Below, one piece after another: positions 8,711-19,769 of a stretch of 64,000 nt of DNA. A model generated the notes under the pieces. That model ran no database searches. It was given only the letters and a program-made list of their open reading frames with translations, and was not told where the DNA came from. Numbering within the stretch: position 1 is the first letter of the stretch; each line of letters opens with the position of its first letter. A program made the position numbers and the translations under genes. Source of the stretch: Vulcanimicrobiota bacterium (GTDB lineage Bacteria; Vulcanimicrobiota; Vulcanimicrobiia; Vulcanimicrobiales; Vulcanimicrobiaceae); assembly GCA_963738465.1 (NCBI GenBank), contig CAVTWP010000009.1:117002-181001 (forward strand). The letters run 5' to 3'.

Positions 8711-9373
8711 TCAGCGGTGCGGACGGTCGTCGCGCCGTTCCTCGACGCGACGCTGCTGCTGCTGGGGCGGCCGGCCGGTGGTGGGATAGTACCCGCCGCG
8801 TTCGCGCGGCGCCACGTAGTCACGGCCGCGGAACTCGCCGCCGGAGTACGTATCGCGGATGCGAACGCTGTTGTAGACGCGCGCTCCGCCGAACCAGCGG
8901 TATCCGCCGCCGAAGTAGTTGCCGTGCCACCAACCGGGATTGCCGAAGAAGAATCCGAGGCTGATCCCCGGCCCGTAGTAATTCCACGGGTGGCCGCCGT
9001 ACCACGGCATGCCGCTGTAGAACGTGTACGGCGTGTCGATCTCGTTGGCGGCGAGGTAGGGTCCGTTGTTGTAGCCGAGGATGCTCACGACCATGCCGGG
9101 CTCCAGCGTGATGCCGGTCGGATTGATGATCGTGCCTTGGTGGAGCTGAACGTTGTCGACGTAGCCCTGCTCGTCGCGGACTTGGAGCGCGTAGCCACCG
9201 TCGAAGCTCACGATCCGGCCGTGGACGTTCTCTTCCCCGTTGGCGTACGACGGTTGACCTTGCGCGTAGGACGGCACGTCCTGCGCCTGTGCGGCGATCG
9301 GCGCCGCGAAGGTGAGGGCCGCCAAGGCGGCCAGAAGCGTTTTGAGCATGTCGTTCAAATAAACGTACCCCAT
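8711..9373 (-). CDS. Secreted hypothetical protein; paralog B
   Basis: Signal peptide; shares VHGRIVSFDG...ANEIDTPY core with paralog A; true start may be ATG 9349. Confidence 0.8.
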   Translation of the reverse strand: MGYVYLNDMLKTLLAALAALTFAAPIAAQAQDVPSYAQGQPSYANGEENVHGRIVSFDGGYALQVRDEQGYVDNVQLHQGTIINPTGITLEPGMVVSILGYNNGPYLAANEIDTPYTFYSGMPWYGGHPWNYYGPGISLGFFFGNPGWWHGNYFGGGYRWFGGARVYNSVRIRDTYSGGEFRGRDYVAPRERGGYYPTTGRPPQQQQRRVEERRDDRPHR

Positions 9374-9457
9374 GCTTGGGAAATGCTTACGATCTGCTTA
9401 GAGTCGGAGGAGAGCTAGGCGCTGACGACGCCGACTTCTCCCAGCGGAGGAAGCTCG

Positions 9458-10372
9458 ATGCAACGAAGCCGGTTCATCCTCAGCGCCGGCGGTACGCTCG
9501 CCGCCCTCGCGGTTGCGCGCCCCGCGCGGGCCGCGGATCCGGTCGGCGGGCGCTTCGCCGTGGCCGGCGGGACGCTGGGGTATCGGCGCTACGGCACAGC
9601 CGGGAGGCCGTACGTGCTGCTCAGCGGCGGCCCCGGGCTCGAATCGTCGTACGTCGACCCGATCGCGATCGAACTGTCGCGCGAGCGGACGATCGTCGTG
9701 CTCGATCAGCGCGGCACCGGCACGTCGCGCGACGCGATGGGAGACGGCTCGCAACTGACCGTCGCCGGCGCGGTCGCGGATCTTGACGGGCTGCGCACGG
9801 AGCTGGGCCTCCAGCGTCTTGCGCTGCTGGGCCATTCGTGGGGCGCGATGCTGTCGATGGCGTATGCCGCGACGCACGGAGACCGGGTCGCGTCGCTGGC
9901 CCTGCTCGATCCGGGCGGCCCGAACCCGTCGTTCTTCATCGGCTTCCGGCAGATGCTCGAGAACCGCAAGACTGCCGACGCCAAAGCGGCAGCCGCCGCG
10001 GCGCAGGCGGATCCGCAGGCGCAACAGCGCGCGAACCTTCCGGCGTACTTCCACGACCACGCCAAAGGCGTCGCCTTTGCCGCTGCGCTTCCCGCGCAGT
10101 CCTCCTATCCCGACGTCACGCGCGCGATGTTCGATGACGTCGTCAAGCATTACGACGTCACGGCGGCGCTGCGCAACACCCCGGTACCGGTGCTGCTGGT
10201 GTACGGCACCGACGATCCGTCGCGCTCGGCGTCGCTGCAGCTCGACGCGGTGTTCCCGCATGCGGCCAAAGCGGTGATCGCGGACGCCGGTCACTTCCCG
10301 TGGGTGGAGAATCCGGTGGCGTTCTACGCCGCCGTCCGCGCCTTTCTCGGCGGCGCGCCGCCGCCGAGCTGA
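9458..10372 (+). CDS. Alpha/beta hydrolase (proline iminopeptidase-like) with a Tat-like signal
   Basis: SGGPG, DQRG, GHSWG nucleophile elbow, AGHFPW; N-terminus QRSRFIL. Confidence 0.85.
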   Translation: MQRSRFILSAGGTLAALAVARPARAADPVGGRFAVAGGTLGYRRYGTAGRPYVLLSGGPGLESSYVDPIAIELSRERTIVVLDQRGTGTSRDAMGDGSQLTVAGAVADLDGLRTELGLQRLALLGHSWGAMLSMAYAATHGDRVASLALLDPGGPNPSFFIGFRQMLENRKTADAKAAAAAAQADPQAQQRANLPAYFHDHAKGVAFAAALPAQSSYPDVTRAMFDDVVKHYDVTAALRNTPVPVLLVYGTDDPSRSASLQLDAVFPHAAKAVIADAGHFPWVENPVAFYAAVRAFLGGAPPPS

Positions 10373-10382
10373 ACGATCTGCG

Positions 10383-12408
<2,026 letters not shown>

Positions 12409-12420
12409 GCTACCGCACCA

Positions 12421-13065
12421 CTAAGCGGGGAGGTCGGCCCGGGCCTTCTTCTTGCGGGCGCGCAGCGCGACCACCGCGACGACGACCGCCACGACGAGCA
12501 GCACGACGATCCCCAGCGCGGTCTTGTGCAGGGCGCCGACGATCGTGTCGAGGTTGCTGCCGGCGACGTTGCCGAGATACGCCAGCCCGAAGCAGAAGAT
12601 CGCCGAGCCCAGCAGCGTGTAGGTGAAGAAATAGCGCTTCTGCATGCGCGAGATCCCGGCCGGCAGCGACGAGACCCCGCGCACGAACGGGACGAAGCGG
12701 CACCAGAACACGGTCGGCTTCCCGTAGCGCTCGAAGAAGGCGTGGACGCGGTCGTATTCGTGCTGGTTGAAGCGGAGGTACTTTCCGTAGCGGTGGACGA
12801 ACGGCAGCCCGCCATAGAAACCGATCGTGTACAGGATCGTCGCGCCCAGCAGCTCGCCGCACGTCGCGACCAGCGCGACGGCGATCCAGCCCGGAAGCAT
12901 TCCGACCGGCGCGAGGTGACCTTGCGCCGCCAGGCCGCCGGCCGTCGGCACCATCACCTCGAGTGCTGCCGGCATGCCGAGATTGCCCAGCACCACCACC
13001 ACGAACAAACCGGCGTACCCGAAGTGCACGATGAGGTCGTGCAGCGGCGCGGTCAGGTGCTCCAC
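12421..13065 (-). CDS. DedA family membrane protein
   Basis: FFERYG...RFVPFVR..SLPAG motif. Confidence 0.9.
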   Translation of the reverse strand: MEHLTAPLHDLIVHFGYAGLFVVVVLGNLGMPAALEVMVPTAGGLAAQGHLAPVGMLPGWIAVALVATCGELLGATILYTIGFYGGLPFVHRYGKYLRFNQHEYDRVHAFFERYGKPTVFWCRFVPFVRGVSSLPAGISRMQKRYFFTYTLLGSAIFCFGLAYLGNVAGSNLDTIVGALHKTALGIVVLLVVAVVVAVVALRARKKKARADLPA

Positions 13066-13436
13066 GCGCGCCTCAGGATGTCGGCGGCGAGGCCCCCGCC
13101 TTCGGCGCGAATCGCTTCGAGCAGGTCGATCGGCTCGACCTCACGGTCGCCGGCTAGCCGCTCGGCGATCTCGACGATCTTGCGCACTCGCGGCGTCACC
13201 AGGATCCCTTCCCAGGTCCGGCCGTCGCCGGTGCCGAGCGCACGCTTGACCTCGGCATGCACGTTTGCCGGTTCGACGCGGTCGGCGGCCAGCCGCGCGT
13301 CGACCGCTCCGTCGTGCTCCTCCAACAACGCGTACAGCATGTGCTCGGCCCCGACGTAGTAGTGATTGTGGTTCCGGCACTCTTGCTCGGCCGCACGGAG
13401 CACGCGGCGTGCGGCTGGACTGAAGCGTGAGAACAA
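13053..13436 (-). CDS. Stand-alone Clp N-terminal (Clp_N repeat) domain protein
   Basis: FSRFSPAARRVL.AA.QE..HNHYYVGAEH.L and TPRVRKIVEIA; no AAA+ module follows. Confidence 0.85.
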   Translation of the reverse strand: MFSRFSPAARRVLRAAEQECRNHNHYYVGAEHMLYALLEEHDGAVDARLAADRVEPANVHAEVKRALGTGDGRTWEGILVTPRVRKIVEIAERLAGDREVEPIDLLEAIRAEGGGLAADILRRAWST

Positions 13437-13475
13437 CGGCGGCTCGGTTGGGAATCTGCCGGATGGCCGGCGGGA

Positions 13476-13552
13476 TGGTCGGGGCGGCAGGATTTGAACC
13501 TGTGACCTCTGCGTCCCGAACGCAGCGCTCTACCAAGCTGAGCTACGCCCCG
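13476..13552 (-). tRNA. tRNA-Pro(CGG)
   Basis: Cloverleaf CGGGGCG...CTGCG-TTCGGGA-CGCAG...GGTTCAAATCC...CGCCCCG-ACCA. Confidence 0.97.
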
Positions 13553-13646
13553 ACGCTTGGACCAAGACCCCCGCTTCTCAGAGGCCGGGTCGGCTCCTGC
13601 CGTTGAGGGAACGATGCAGGCGGTACCGAAACCCGGAGTCGCCCAC

Positions 13647-14321
13647 ATGAGATACCTGATCGTCGGCTGCGGGCGAGTGGGATCGACCCTCGCCAAGCTG
13701 CTCGTCGCCGACAAGCACGACGTCGTCGTCGTGGACGAGAATCCGGCCGCGTTCAAGCGGTTGGGCAACCGCTTCGGCGGCCAGGTCGAGGTCGGTACCG
13801 GGATCGACTACGACGTGCTCAAGCGTGCCGGCGCCGAGCGCGCCGACGGCTTCGTGGCGGTGACCGACGGCGACAACCGCAACGTGATGGCGGCGCTGAT
13901 CGCCCAGAAGATGTTCCGCATCCCCAAGATCGTCGCCCGCATCTACGACCCGCCGCGCGGTCAGCTGTACCGCGAGCTCGGGATCGAGACGTTCTCGCCG
14001 ACCACGATCGGAGCGCAGATCATCCGCGACCGGCTCCAAGACGTCGCGTACGCCTCGATTCCGTCGTTCGACTTCGGCAAGCTGTCATCGCTGATCGCGA
14101 CCGTGACGCGCGCACAGGCCGGCAAGCAGATCGCCGAGGTCGAGATCGACGGCAAGCTGCGCATCGCCGCGATCCGCCGGCTCGGCAGCGTCAGCATCGC
14201 CGCGCCGAACGACGTGCTCACCGAAGGCGACGAGATCAACGCGATCGTGGCGCCCGACGCGCTCACCCAGTTCGCCGCGGCGTTCGCCTCGGCGCGGCCC
14301 GAAACGCGCCTCACCGCGTGA
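13647..14321 (+). CDS. TrkA/KtrA family RCK domain protein
   Basis: IVGCGRVG Rossmann motif; TDGDNRN; VARIYDP. Confidence 0.9.
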   Translation: MRYLIVGCGRVGSTLAKLLVADKHDVVVVDENPAAFKRLGNRFGGQVEVGTGIDYDVLKRAGAERADGFVAVTDGDNRNVMAALIAQKMFRIPKIVARIYDPPRGQLYRELGIETFSPTTIGAQIIRDRLQDVAYASIPSFDFGKLSSLIATVTRAQAGKQIAEVEIDGKLRIAAIRRLGSVSIAAPNDVLTEGDEINAIVAPDALTQFAAAFASARPETRLTA

Positions 14322-14343
14322 GCGCTGCGACGAATCTGCGCTG

Positions 14344-15012
14344 ATGTTCATCCTCATCGTCGGCGGCGGCAAGGTCGGCACCTATCTCACGCGCGGGCTG
14401 ATCAAACAGCAGCACGAGGTCGTCGTCATCGAAAAGGACGCGCGCAAGGCGCAGATGATGACCAACCTGCTGGAGACCGACGTCGCGATCGTCGGCGACG
14501 GCTGCGATCCCAACGTGCTGCTCCAAGCCGGGGTCGCGCGCGCCGAGGTCGTCGTCGCCGACACCGGCGACGACGAGGACAACCTCGTCGTCTGCATCAT
14601 CACCAAGAAACACTCGCGCGCCCGCTGCATCGCCCGCGTCAACAACCCCAAGAACAAGCTGATCTTCGAGTCGCTCGACTCCGACCGGCCGGTGACCGTG
14701 ATCTCGTCGACCGAGATCATCCTGGGGATGATCGACGACCGAGTGAACGCGATGGATCTCGAGCCGCTGGCGCGCGTCGGGCGCGGCGACCTCGAGCTCG
14801 TGCAGCTGCACATCGCCGACGATTCGCCGGCGCGCGGCAAGCGCATCGCCGATGTCAACCTGCCGCGCGGCAGCGTGATCGTCGCCGTCGAGCGCGGCGG
14901 CGGCGAAGTCGTGATTCCCAACGGCGACACGACCCTGCAGCGCGGCGACGACGTCATCGCGATGATCAAGCACGACACGCGGCTCGACGTCTGCACCGCC
15001 CTCGTCGGCTGA
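14344..15012 (+). CDS. Second TrkA family RCK domain protein
   Basis: IVGGGKVG; TGDDEDN; IARVNNPKN; TrkA_C domain. Confidence 0.9.
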   Translation: MFILIVGGGKVGTYLTRGLIKQQHEVVVIEKDARKAQMMTNLLETDVAIVGDGCDPNVLLQAGVARAEVVVADTGDDEDNLVVCIITKKHSRARCIARVNNPKNKLIFESLDSDRPVTVISSTEIILGMIDDRVNAMDLEPLARVGRGDLELVQLHIADDSPARGKRIADVNLPRGSVIVAVERGGGEVVIPNGDTTLQRGDDVIAMIKHDTRLDVCTALVG

Positions 15013-15147
15013 ATCCATACACGCCGCCTCGTTCTTGTCGCTACCGTTCCTGGCCGCTGTTGCCGGTTTCGAATCAGCGCTGATCGTTGCCGACTTCGTA
15101 CCGGCCGAGCGAGATGTACTGCTCGAGATCGTCGCCGTCTCAGTCGT

Positions 15148-16890
15148 CTAATGCATCTCCCGGGCGACTCTGGCGCCGCTGTTGCCGACGAGGAAGTCGA
15201 AATCCGCACCGCGGTCGGCGCCGAGGACGTGCTCGGTGTAGAGCTTGGCGTAGCCGCGGTCGAACGCGGGCGCTGCCGGCTGCCACGCGGCGCGGCGGCG
15301 GTCGAGCTCGGCTTCGCTCACGATGAGATCGAGGCGGCGGTTCGGGACGTCGAGCTCGACGAGATCGCCGGTGTGCACGAGCGCGAGCGTGCCGCCCACC
15401 GCGGCTTCGGGTGACGTGTGCAGCACGACGGTGCCGTAGGCCGTGCCGCTCATCCGCGCGTCGGAGATGCGCACCATGTCGGTGACCCCGCGCGCCAGCA
15501 GCTTGGGCGGCAGCGGCAAGTTCCCGGTCTCGGGCATCCCCGGATAGCCGCGCGGGCCGGCACCCTTGAGGACCAGCACGCTGTTCTCGTCGACGTCGAG
15601 ATCGGGATCGTCGATGCGCGCCTTGAAATCCTCGATGCTCTCGAACGCCAGCGCGCGGCCGCGATGCACCAGCAGCGACGGCGTGGCGGCCGACGGTTTG
15701 ATCACCGCCCCGTCGGGCGCGAGGTTGCCGCGCAGCACCGCGATCCCGGCCTTCTCCTTGAGGGGCGCGTCGAACGTGCGGATGACCTCGCGATTCCAGC
15801 ACGGCGCGTCGGCGGTCATCTCGCCCATCGTCTTGCCGCTCACCGTCAGCGCGTCGCGATAGATGCGTTCGCCGAGCTCACGCACGACCGCCGGCACGCC
15901 GCCGGCATAGTAGAAATCCTCCATGAGGTATTTCCCCGACGGCTGCAGGTCGACCAGCAGCGGCAGATCGTGACCGAGGCGGTCGAAGTCGTCGAGCGTC
16001 AGCGGCACGCCGGCGCGTCCGGCGATCGCCAGCAGGTGGACGACGGCGTTGGTCGAGCCGCCGATCGCGGCGTTGACGCGGATCGCGTTCTCGAACGCTT
16101 CGCGCGTGAGGATCTTCGACATGCGCAGGTCCTCGCGCACCATCTCGACGATGCGCCTGCCGGCCAGTTGCGCGAGGGCGTAGCGGCGCGAGTCGACCGC
16201 CGGGATCGCCGCGTTGCCGGTCGGCGCGATGCCGAGCGCCTCGGCCATGCTGGCCATCGTCGACGCCGTGCCCATCGTCATGCAGTGTCCGTTGCTGCGC
16301 GACTGCCCCGCCTCGGCCTCGAAGAAATCGTCCCACGTCTTCTTCCCGCCGCGCACCTCCTCGGAGAACTGCCACACCATCGTGCCAGAGCCGATGTCGC
16401 CGCCGCGGTATTTGCCGTTGAGCATCGGACCGCCGGTCACCATGATCGCCGGCAGGTCGACGCTGGCCGCGCCCATCAGCTGCGCGGGCGTCGTCTTGTC
16501 GCAGCCGCTCAGCAGCACGACGCCGTCGACGGGGTTCGCGCGGATCGACTCCTCGACGTCCATGCTCATCAGATTGCGGAACAGCATCGTCGTCGGTCGC
16601 ATGTAGGTTTCGCCCAGCGAGATGGTCGGAAACTCGAGCGGCCATCCGCCGGCCTCCCAGACTCCGCGCTTGACCGACTCGGCGACGCGCCGCAGGTGCA
16701 CGTTGCACGACGTGAGCTCCGACCACGAGTTGCAGATCCCGATGACGGGGCGGCCGTCGAACACGTCGGGCGCGAAGCCTTCGGCGCGCATCCAGCTGCG
16801 GTGGATGAAACCGTCGCGGTCGCGCTTGCCGAACCATTCGGTGCTGCGAAGGTGGCGTGAGCTGCCGTTGTCGGACACGAAAGACCTCAT
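15148..16890 (-). CDS. IlvD/Edd family sugar-acid dehydratase (arabinonate/xylonate type)
   Basis: ELTSCNVHL, GCDKTTP, CMTMGTAST, GGSTNAV and SDARMSGT motifs. Confidence 0.93.
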   Translation of the reverse strand: MRSFVSDNGSSRHLRSTEWFGKRDRDGFIHRSWMRAEGFAPDVFDGRPVIGICNSWSELTSCNVHLRRVAESVKRGVWEAGGWPLEFPTISLGETYMRPTTMLFRNLMSMDVEESIRANPVDGVVLLSGCDKTTPAQLMGAASVDLPAIMVTGGPMLNGKYRGGDIGSGTMVWQFSEEVRGGKKTWDDFFEAEAGQSRSNGHCMTMGTASTMASMAEALGIAPTGNAAIPAVDSRRYALAQLAGRRIVEMVREDLRMSKILTREAFENAIRVNAAIGGSTNAVVHLLAIAGRAGVPLTLDDFDRLGHDLPLLVDLQPSGKYLMEDFYYAGGVPAVVRELGERIYRDALTVSGKTMGEMTADAPCWNREVIRTFDAPLKEKAGIAVLRGNLAPDGAVIKPSAATPSLLVHRGRALAFESIEDFKARIDDPDLDVDENSVLVLKGAGPRGYPGMPETGNLPLPPKLLARGVTDMVRISDARMSGTAYGTVVLHTSPEAAVGGTLALVHTGDLVELDVPNRRLDLIVSEAELDRRRAAWQPAAPAFDRGYAKLYTEHVLGADRGADFDFLVGNSGARVAREMH

Positions 16891-16946
16891 CGTCTGGGCA
16901 TGGGAGGAAAATGGCCTTTCCGCGCCCGCGCGAAAATCCTGGCCCG

Positions 16947-17690
16947 ATGAATCAGCTCGACATGCGCGGTCGCACCGCGATCGTCACCGGCGGCGCGTCC
17001 GGGATCGGCTTTGCCGTCGCACGGCGCATGGCGGCGTCGGGCGCGCAGCTGAGCCTGTGGGACACGCGCGAGGAAGCGTTGGCGCAAGCGGCCGGCTCTC
17101 TCGGCGGGGCGCACACCGCGGTCGTCGACGTACGCGACTACGCCGCCGTCGAAGCGGCGCGCGACGCGACGCTCTTCACGCTCGGCAGAATCGACGCGCT
17201 GGTGAACAGCGCCGGTATCACGGGGCCGAACCTGCTCACCTGGGAGTACCCGCTGGACGGCTGGCGCGACGTGATCGACGTCAACCTGACCGGCACGTTC
17301 CAGTGCTGCCGGGCGGTCATCGTGGCGATGCGCGCCGCCGACTACGGCCGCATCGTCAACATCGCGTCGGTCGCCGGCAAGGAAGGCAACCCCAACGCGT
17401 CGGCCTACAGCGCGTCGAAAGCCGGCGTGATCGCGCTGACCAAGTCGCTCGGCAAGGAACTCGCGCAGACCGGCGTGCGCGTCAACTGCGTGACGCCGGC
17501 CGCCGTCGAGACGCCGATGTTCGAGCAGATGACGCCGGCGCACATCGACTACATGAAGTCGAAGATCCCGATGAACCGCTTCGGGACGCCGGACGAGATC
17601 GCCGCGCTCGTCACCTGGCTGTGCACCGAAGACTGCTCGTTCTCGACCGCTGCGGTCTTCGATCTCTCCGGCGGCCGCTCGACCTACTAG
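16947..17690 (+). CDS. SDR family oxidoreductase (keto-deoxy sugar-acid dehydrogenase-like)
   Basis: TGGASGIG, NSAG, YSASK; C-terminus FDLSGGRSTY. Confidence 0.88.
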   Translation: MNQLDMRGRTAIVTGGASGIGFAVARRMAASGAQLSLWDTREEALAQAAGSLGGAHTAVVDVRDYAAVEAARDATLFTLGRIDALVNSAGITGPNLLTWEYPLDGWRDVIDVNLTGTFQCCRAVIVAMRAADYGRIVNIASVAGKEGNPNASAYSASKAGVIALTKSLGKELAQTGVRVNCVTPAAVETPMFEQMTPAHIDYMKSKIPMNRFGTPDEIAALVTWLCTEDCSFSTAAVFDLSGGRSTY

Positions 17691-17851
17691 CCTCTCTCGT
17701 AGAGCCGCGAGAAGCTTCGTTTCGCAGCGCTGATGCGCGAGGTCGTCGGTGAGGCCACGCGTCCGCCGGCATTCCGCCCCACGGTTGCATCCGCCATCCA
17801 CACCCTCGCGGTGGTCGGAATCACGCCCGGCCCACGGGTGGCCGCTCAAGC

Positions 17852-17893
17852 TTGACTTTAGGTTTTATTTAAACTAGATTAGGTATTACCTAA
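17852..17893 (+). promoter_or_regulatory. Sigma70 promoter with inverted-repeat operator
   Basis: TTGACT-17 bp-TAGATT; TTAGGTA-T-TACCTAA at 17879-17893. Confidence 0.75.
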
Positions 17894-17924
17894 CGAACTT
17901 GAACTCTTAACGGGGGCGAACCTG

Positions 17925-18404
17925 GTGACGAAGCGAGCCTTGCCCATCGGCGCCATCTTGAGCCGGATCGTCGTGTTCGGTCTCGGACTTGCCCTGCTCT
18001 TCGAGCAGGCCGGAGCGCTCCAGCTGCTCCACCTCAACGCGTCGGGCGGCAGCGTAATGATGACGCCGGTCTATTGGGTCAGCCTGCTGGCGCCGATCTT
18101 TTTCCTGACCGCGTTGTGGATGGCATCGAACGTCTTCGTCCGCATGGACCGCGGCGACGCCTTCAGTCCCGCGATGGTCAGAGGGCTCAAGGAGATCGGC
18201 ATCTGTCTGATGATCGGCGCGTTTGCCGCCATCGTCGTGCAGCCCAGTCTGATCTTCCTCATCGGCAACGGTTTCACCGAGATGCGCGGGGTCAAGTTCA
18301 ACCTCGACGTCGAGAACCTGACCCTGGGGCTCGTCGGGTTCGTGCTCGTTCTGCTGGCGCGCCAAGGACAACGGCTGAAATCACAGCTGGACCAGTTCGT
18401 CTGA
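17925..18404 (+). CDS. DUF2975-like membrane protein
   Basis: Hydrophobic segments, G.AFS motif and C-terminal G.RLKSQLDQFV; paired with a YozG-type regulator. Confidence 0.8.
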   Translation: MTKRALPIGAILSRIVVFGLGLALLFEQAGALQLLHLNASGGSVMMTPVYWVSLLAPIFFLTALWMASNVFVRMDRGDAFSPAMVRGLKEIGICLMIGAFAAIVVQPSLIFLIGNGFTEMRGVKFNLDVENLTLGLVGFVLVLLARQGQRLKSQLDQFV

Positions 18405-18637
18405 TGCCGGTGCGCGTCACGTTGGACGTCATGCTGGCTCGGCGCAAGCTCCGCGCCCGCGACGTCGCCGAGCAGATCGGCTTGTCGGAAACGCAGCTCA
18501 GCCTGCTGCGCACGGGAAAGGTCAGGGGCGTGCGCTTCGACACCCTATCGAAACTCTGTCTCGTCCTCGAGTGCGCACCGGGCGACATTCTGGACTACGA
18601 TCGGGACGACGCGGACCTGCGTTCGAACGACGAATAG
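18404..18637 (+). CDS. YozG/Cro-XRE HTH regulator
   Basis: LDVMLARRK...LSLLRTGKVRGVRFDTL..LC..L.C.PGDIL. Confidence 0.9.
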   Translation: MPVRVTLDVMLARRKLRARDVAEQIGLSETQLSLLRTGKVRGVRFDTLSKLCLVLECAPGDILDYDRDDADLRSNDE

Positions 18638-18770
18638 TTCCGCGGGCCGAGGGACCCGGTCGGGTGAACCGCGCGCGCTCGGAACGACTCGTCGTCGTCT
18701 TTCGGGCGACGTTTCGAAGCGGCCCTAGCCGTTGCGGTGCGTGCGCGTGATGGGGAGGTGAACCACCTTC

Positions 18771-19769
18771 TTGGAGATGACGCGCACGATGATCAACTCG
18801 CAGTGGCCGGGGCTCGGCTCGGCCGTCGACTTCTCGTCCCTGGACGGCGGCGTGGGCCTTCCGCGCACCGCGATCGGCGCGAGCGCGGATCCGTTTGCGC
18901 CGCCGGCGACAACGGACGGGGTCGCGCGCCCGTGGTGGACGTGCGGCACCAGCGCTGGAAACGGCACGACCGGCGGCAGCGGCTTCGAGCCCTACGGCTT
19001 GCCGGCCGGCGGCACCAACAGCATCAGCGGCTTGCTCACGAATATCATGAACGCGCTTCAGCAGTTCGCCGCGACGCTCGCACAAGGCGGCGGCGCGCGG
19101 CTCGCGCAGGCGCCCGGCACGCAACAAGCGGGCTGTCAGCAGCCGGGTTCGCAGCAGTGGGGCCAATCCTGGCAGCCGCCGTGGCAACAACAGCCGACGG
19201 GGCAACAGCCGCCCTGGCAGCGGTCGTGGCAACAGTTGGGCGGAGGAGCCGGGACGGAACAGCGATTCTCCAGCGTCGACGTCAGCTCGAGCGGCGATCC
19301 GCATCTCGCCGAGGTCGGCACGCGCGAAGGGCCGAGCGGAAACCAAGCCGTCGACGAGCACTGGAACAGCATGACCAGCCACGCCGATCTCGTGCACAGC
19401 GATCACATCGCCGGCGGGTATCGCGTCTCGACCGCGGTCGGCGCACCCGGTGCGAACGGCGTCACCTACAACCAGTCGGCGACCGTCCACACGCACTACG
19501 GCCGCGACAGCGTGACGATGAACCGCGACGGGTCGTTCTCGATCGACGACGACGGGCACGCCGTCGCGCTGGCCAAAGGTCAACACGCCACGCTCACTGG
19601 CGGCGCGACCGTCAACGCGAACGACGACGGCTCGCTCACCGTTACCGCGGGCAACGCCTCCGGCGGTTCGATCGCGACGACGTTGCGCTTCACCGGCCAG
19701 GGTGTGGACGTGGAGTCGCACGCGCACGAGATCGCGCTCGGCGGCGACGCCATCACGCACGCGCCTTAA
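18771..19769 (+). CDS. Hypothetical protein: G/Q-rich N-half, GDPH motif, beta-rich C-domain
   Basis: GC-type codon bias; GGAGG upstream; GDPH encoded at 19293-19304. Confidence 0.75.
   Translation: MEMTRTMINSQWPGLGSAVDFSSLDGGVGLPRTAIGASADPFAPPATTDGVARPWWTCGTSAGNGTTGGSGFEPYGLPAGGTNSISGLLTNIMNALQQFAATLAQGGGARLAQAPGTQQAGCQQPGSQQWGQSWQPPWQQQPTGQQPPWQRSWQQLGGGAGTEQRFSSVDVSSSGDPHLAEVGTREGPSGNQAVDEHWNSMTSHADLVHSDHIAGGYRVSTAVGAPGANGVTYNQSATVHTHYGRDSVTMNRDGSFSIDDDGHAVALAKGQHATLTGGATVNANDDGSLTVTAGNASGGSIATTLRFTGQGVDVESHAHEIALGGDAITHAP

Noticed and set aside
13488-13504. A-C mismatch at the base of the tRNA-Pro T-stem
   Set aside because: A single mismatch is tolerated or may be a base error; the rest of the tRNA is canonical
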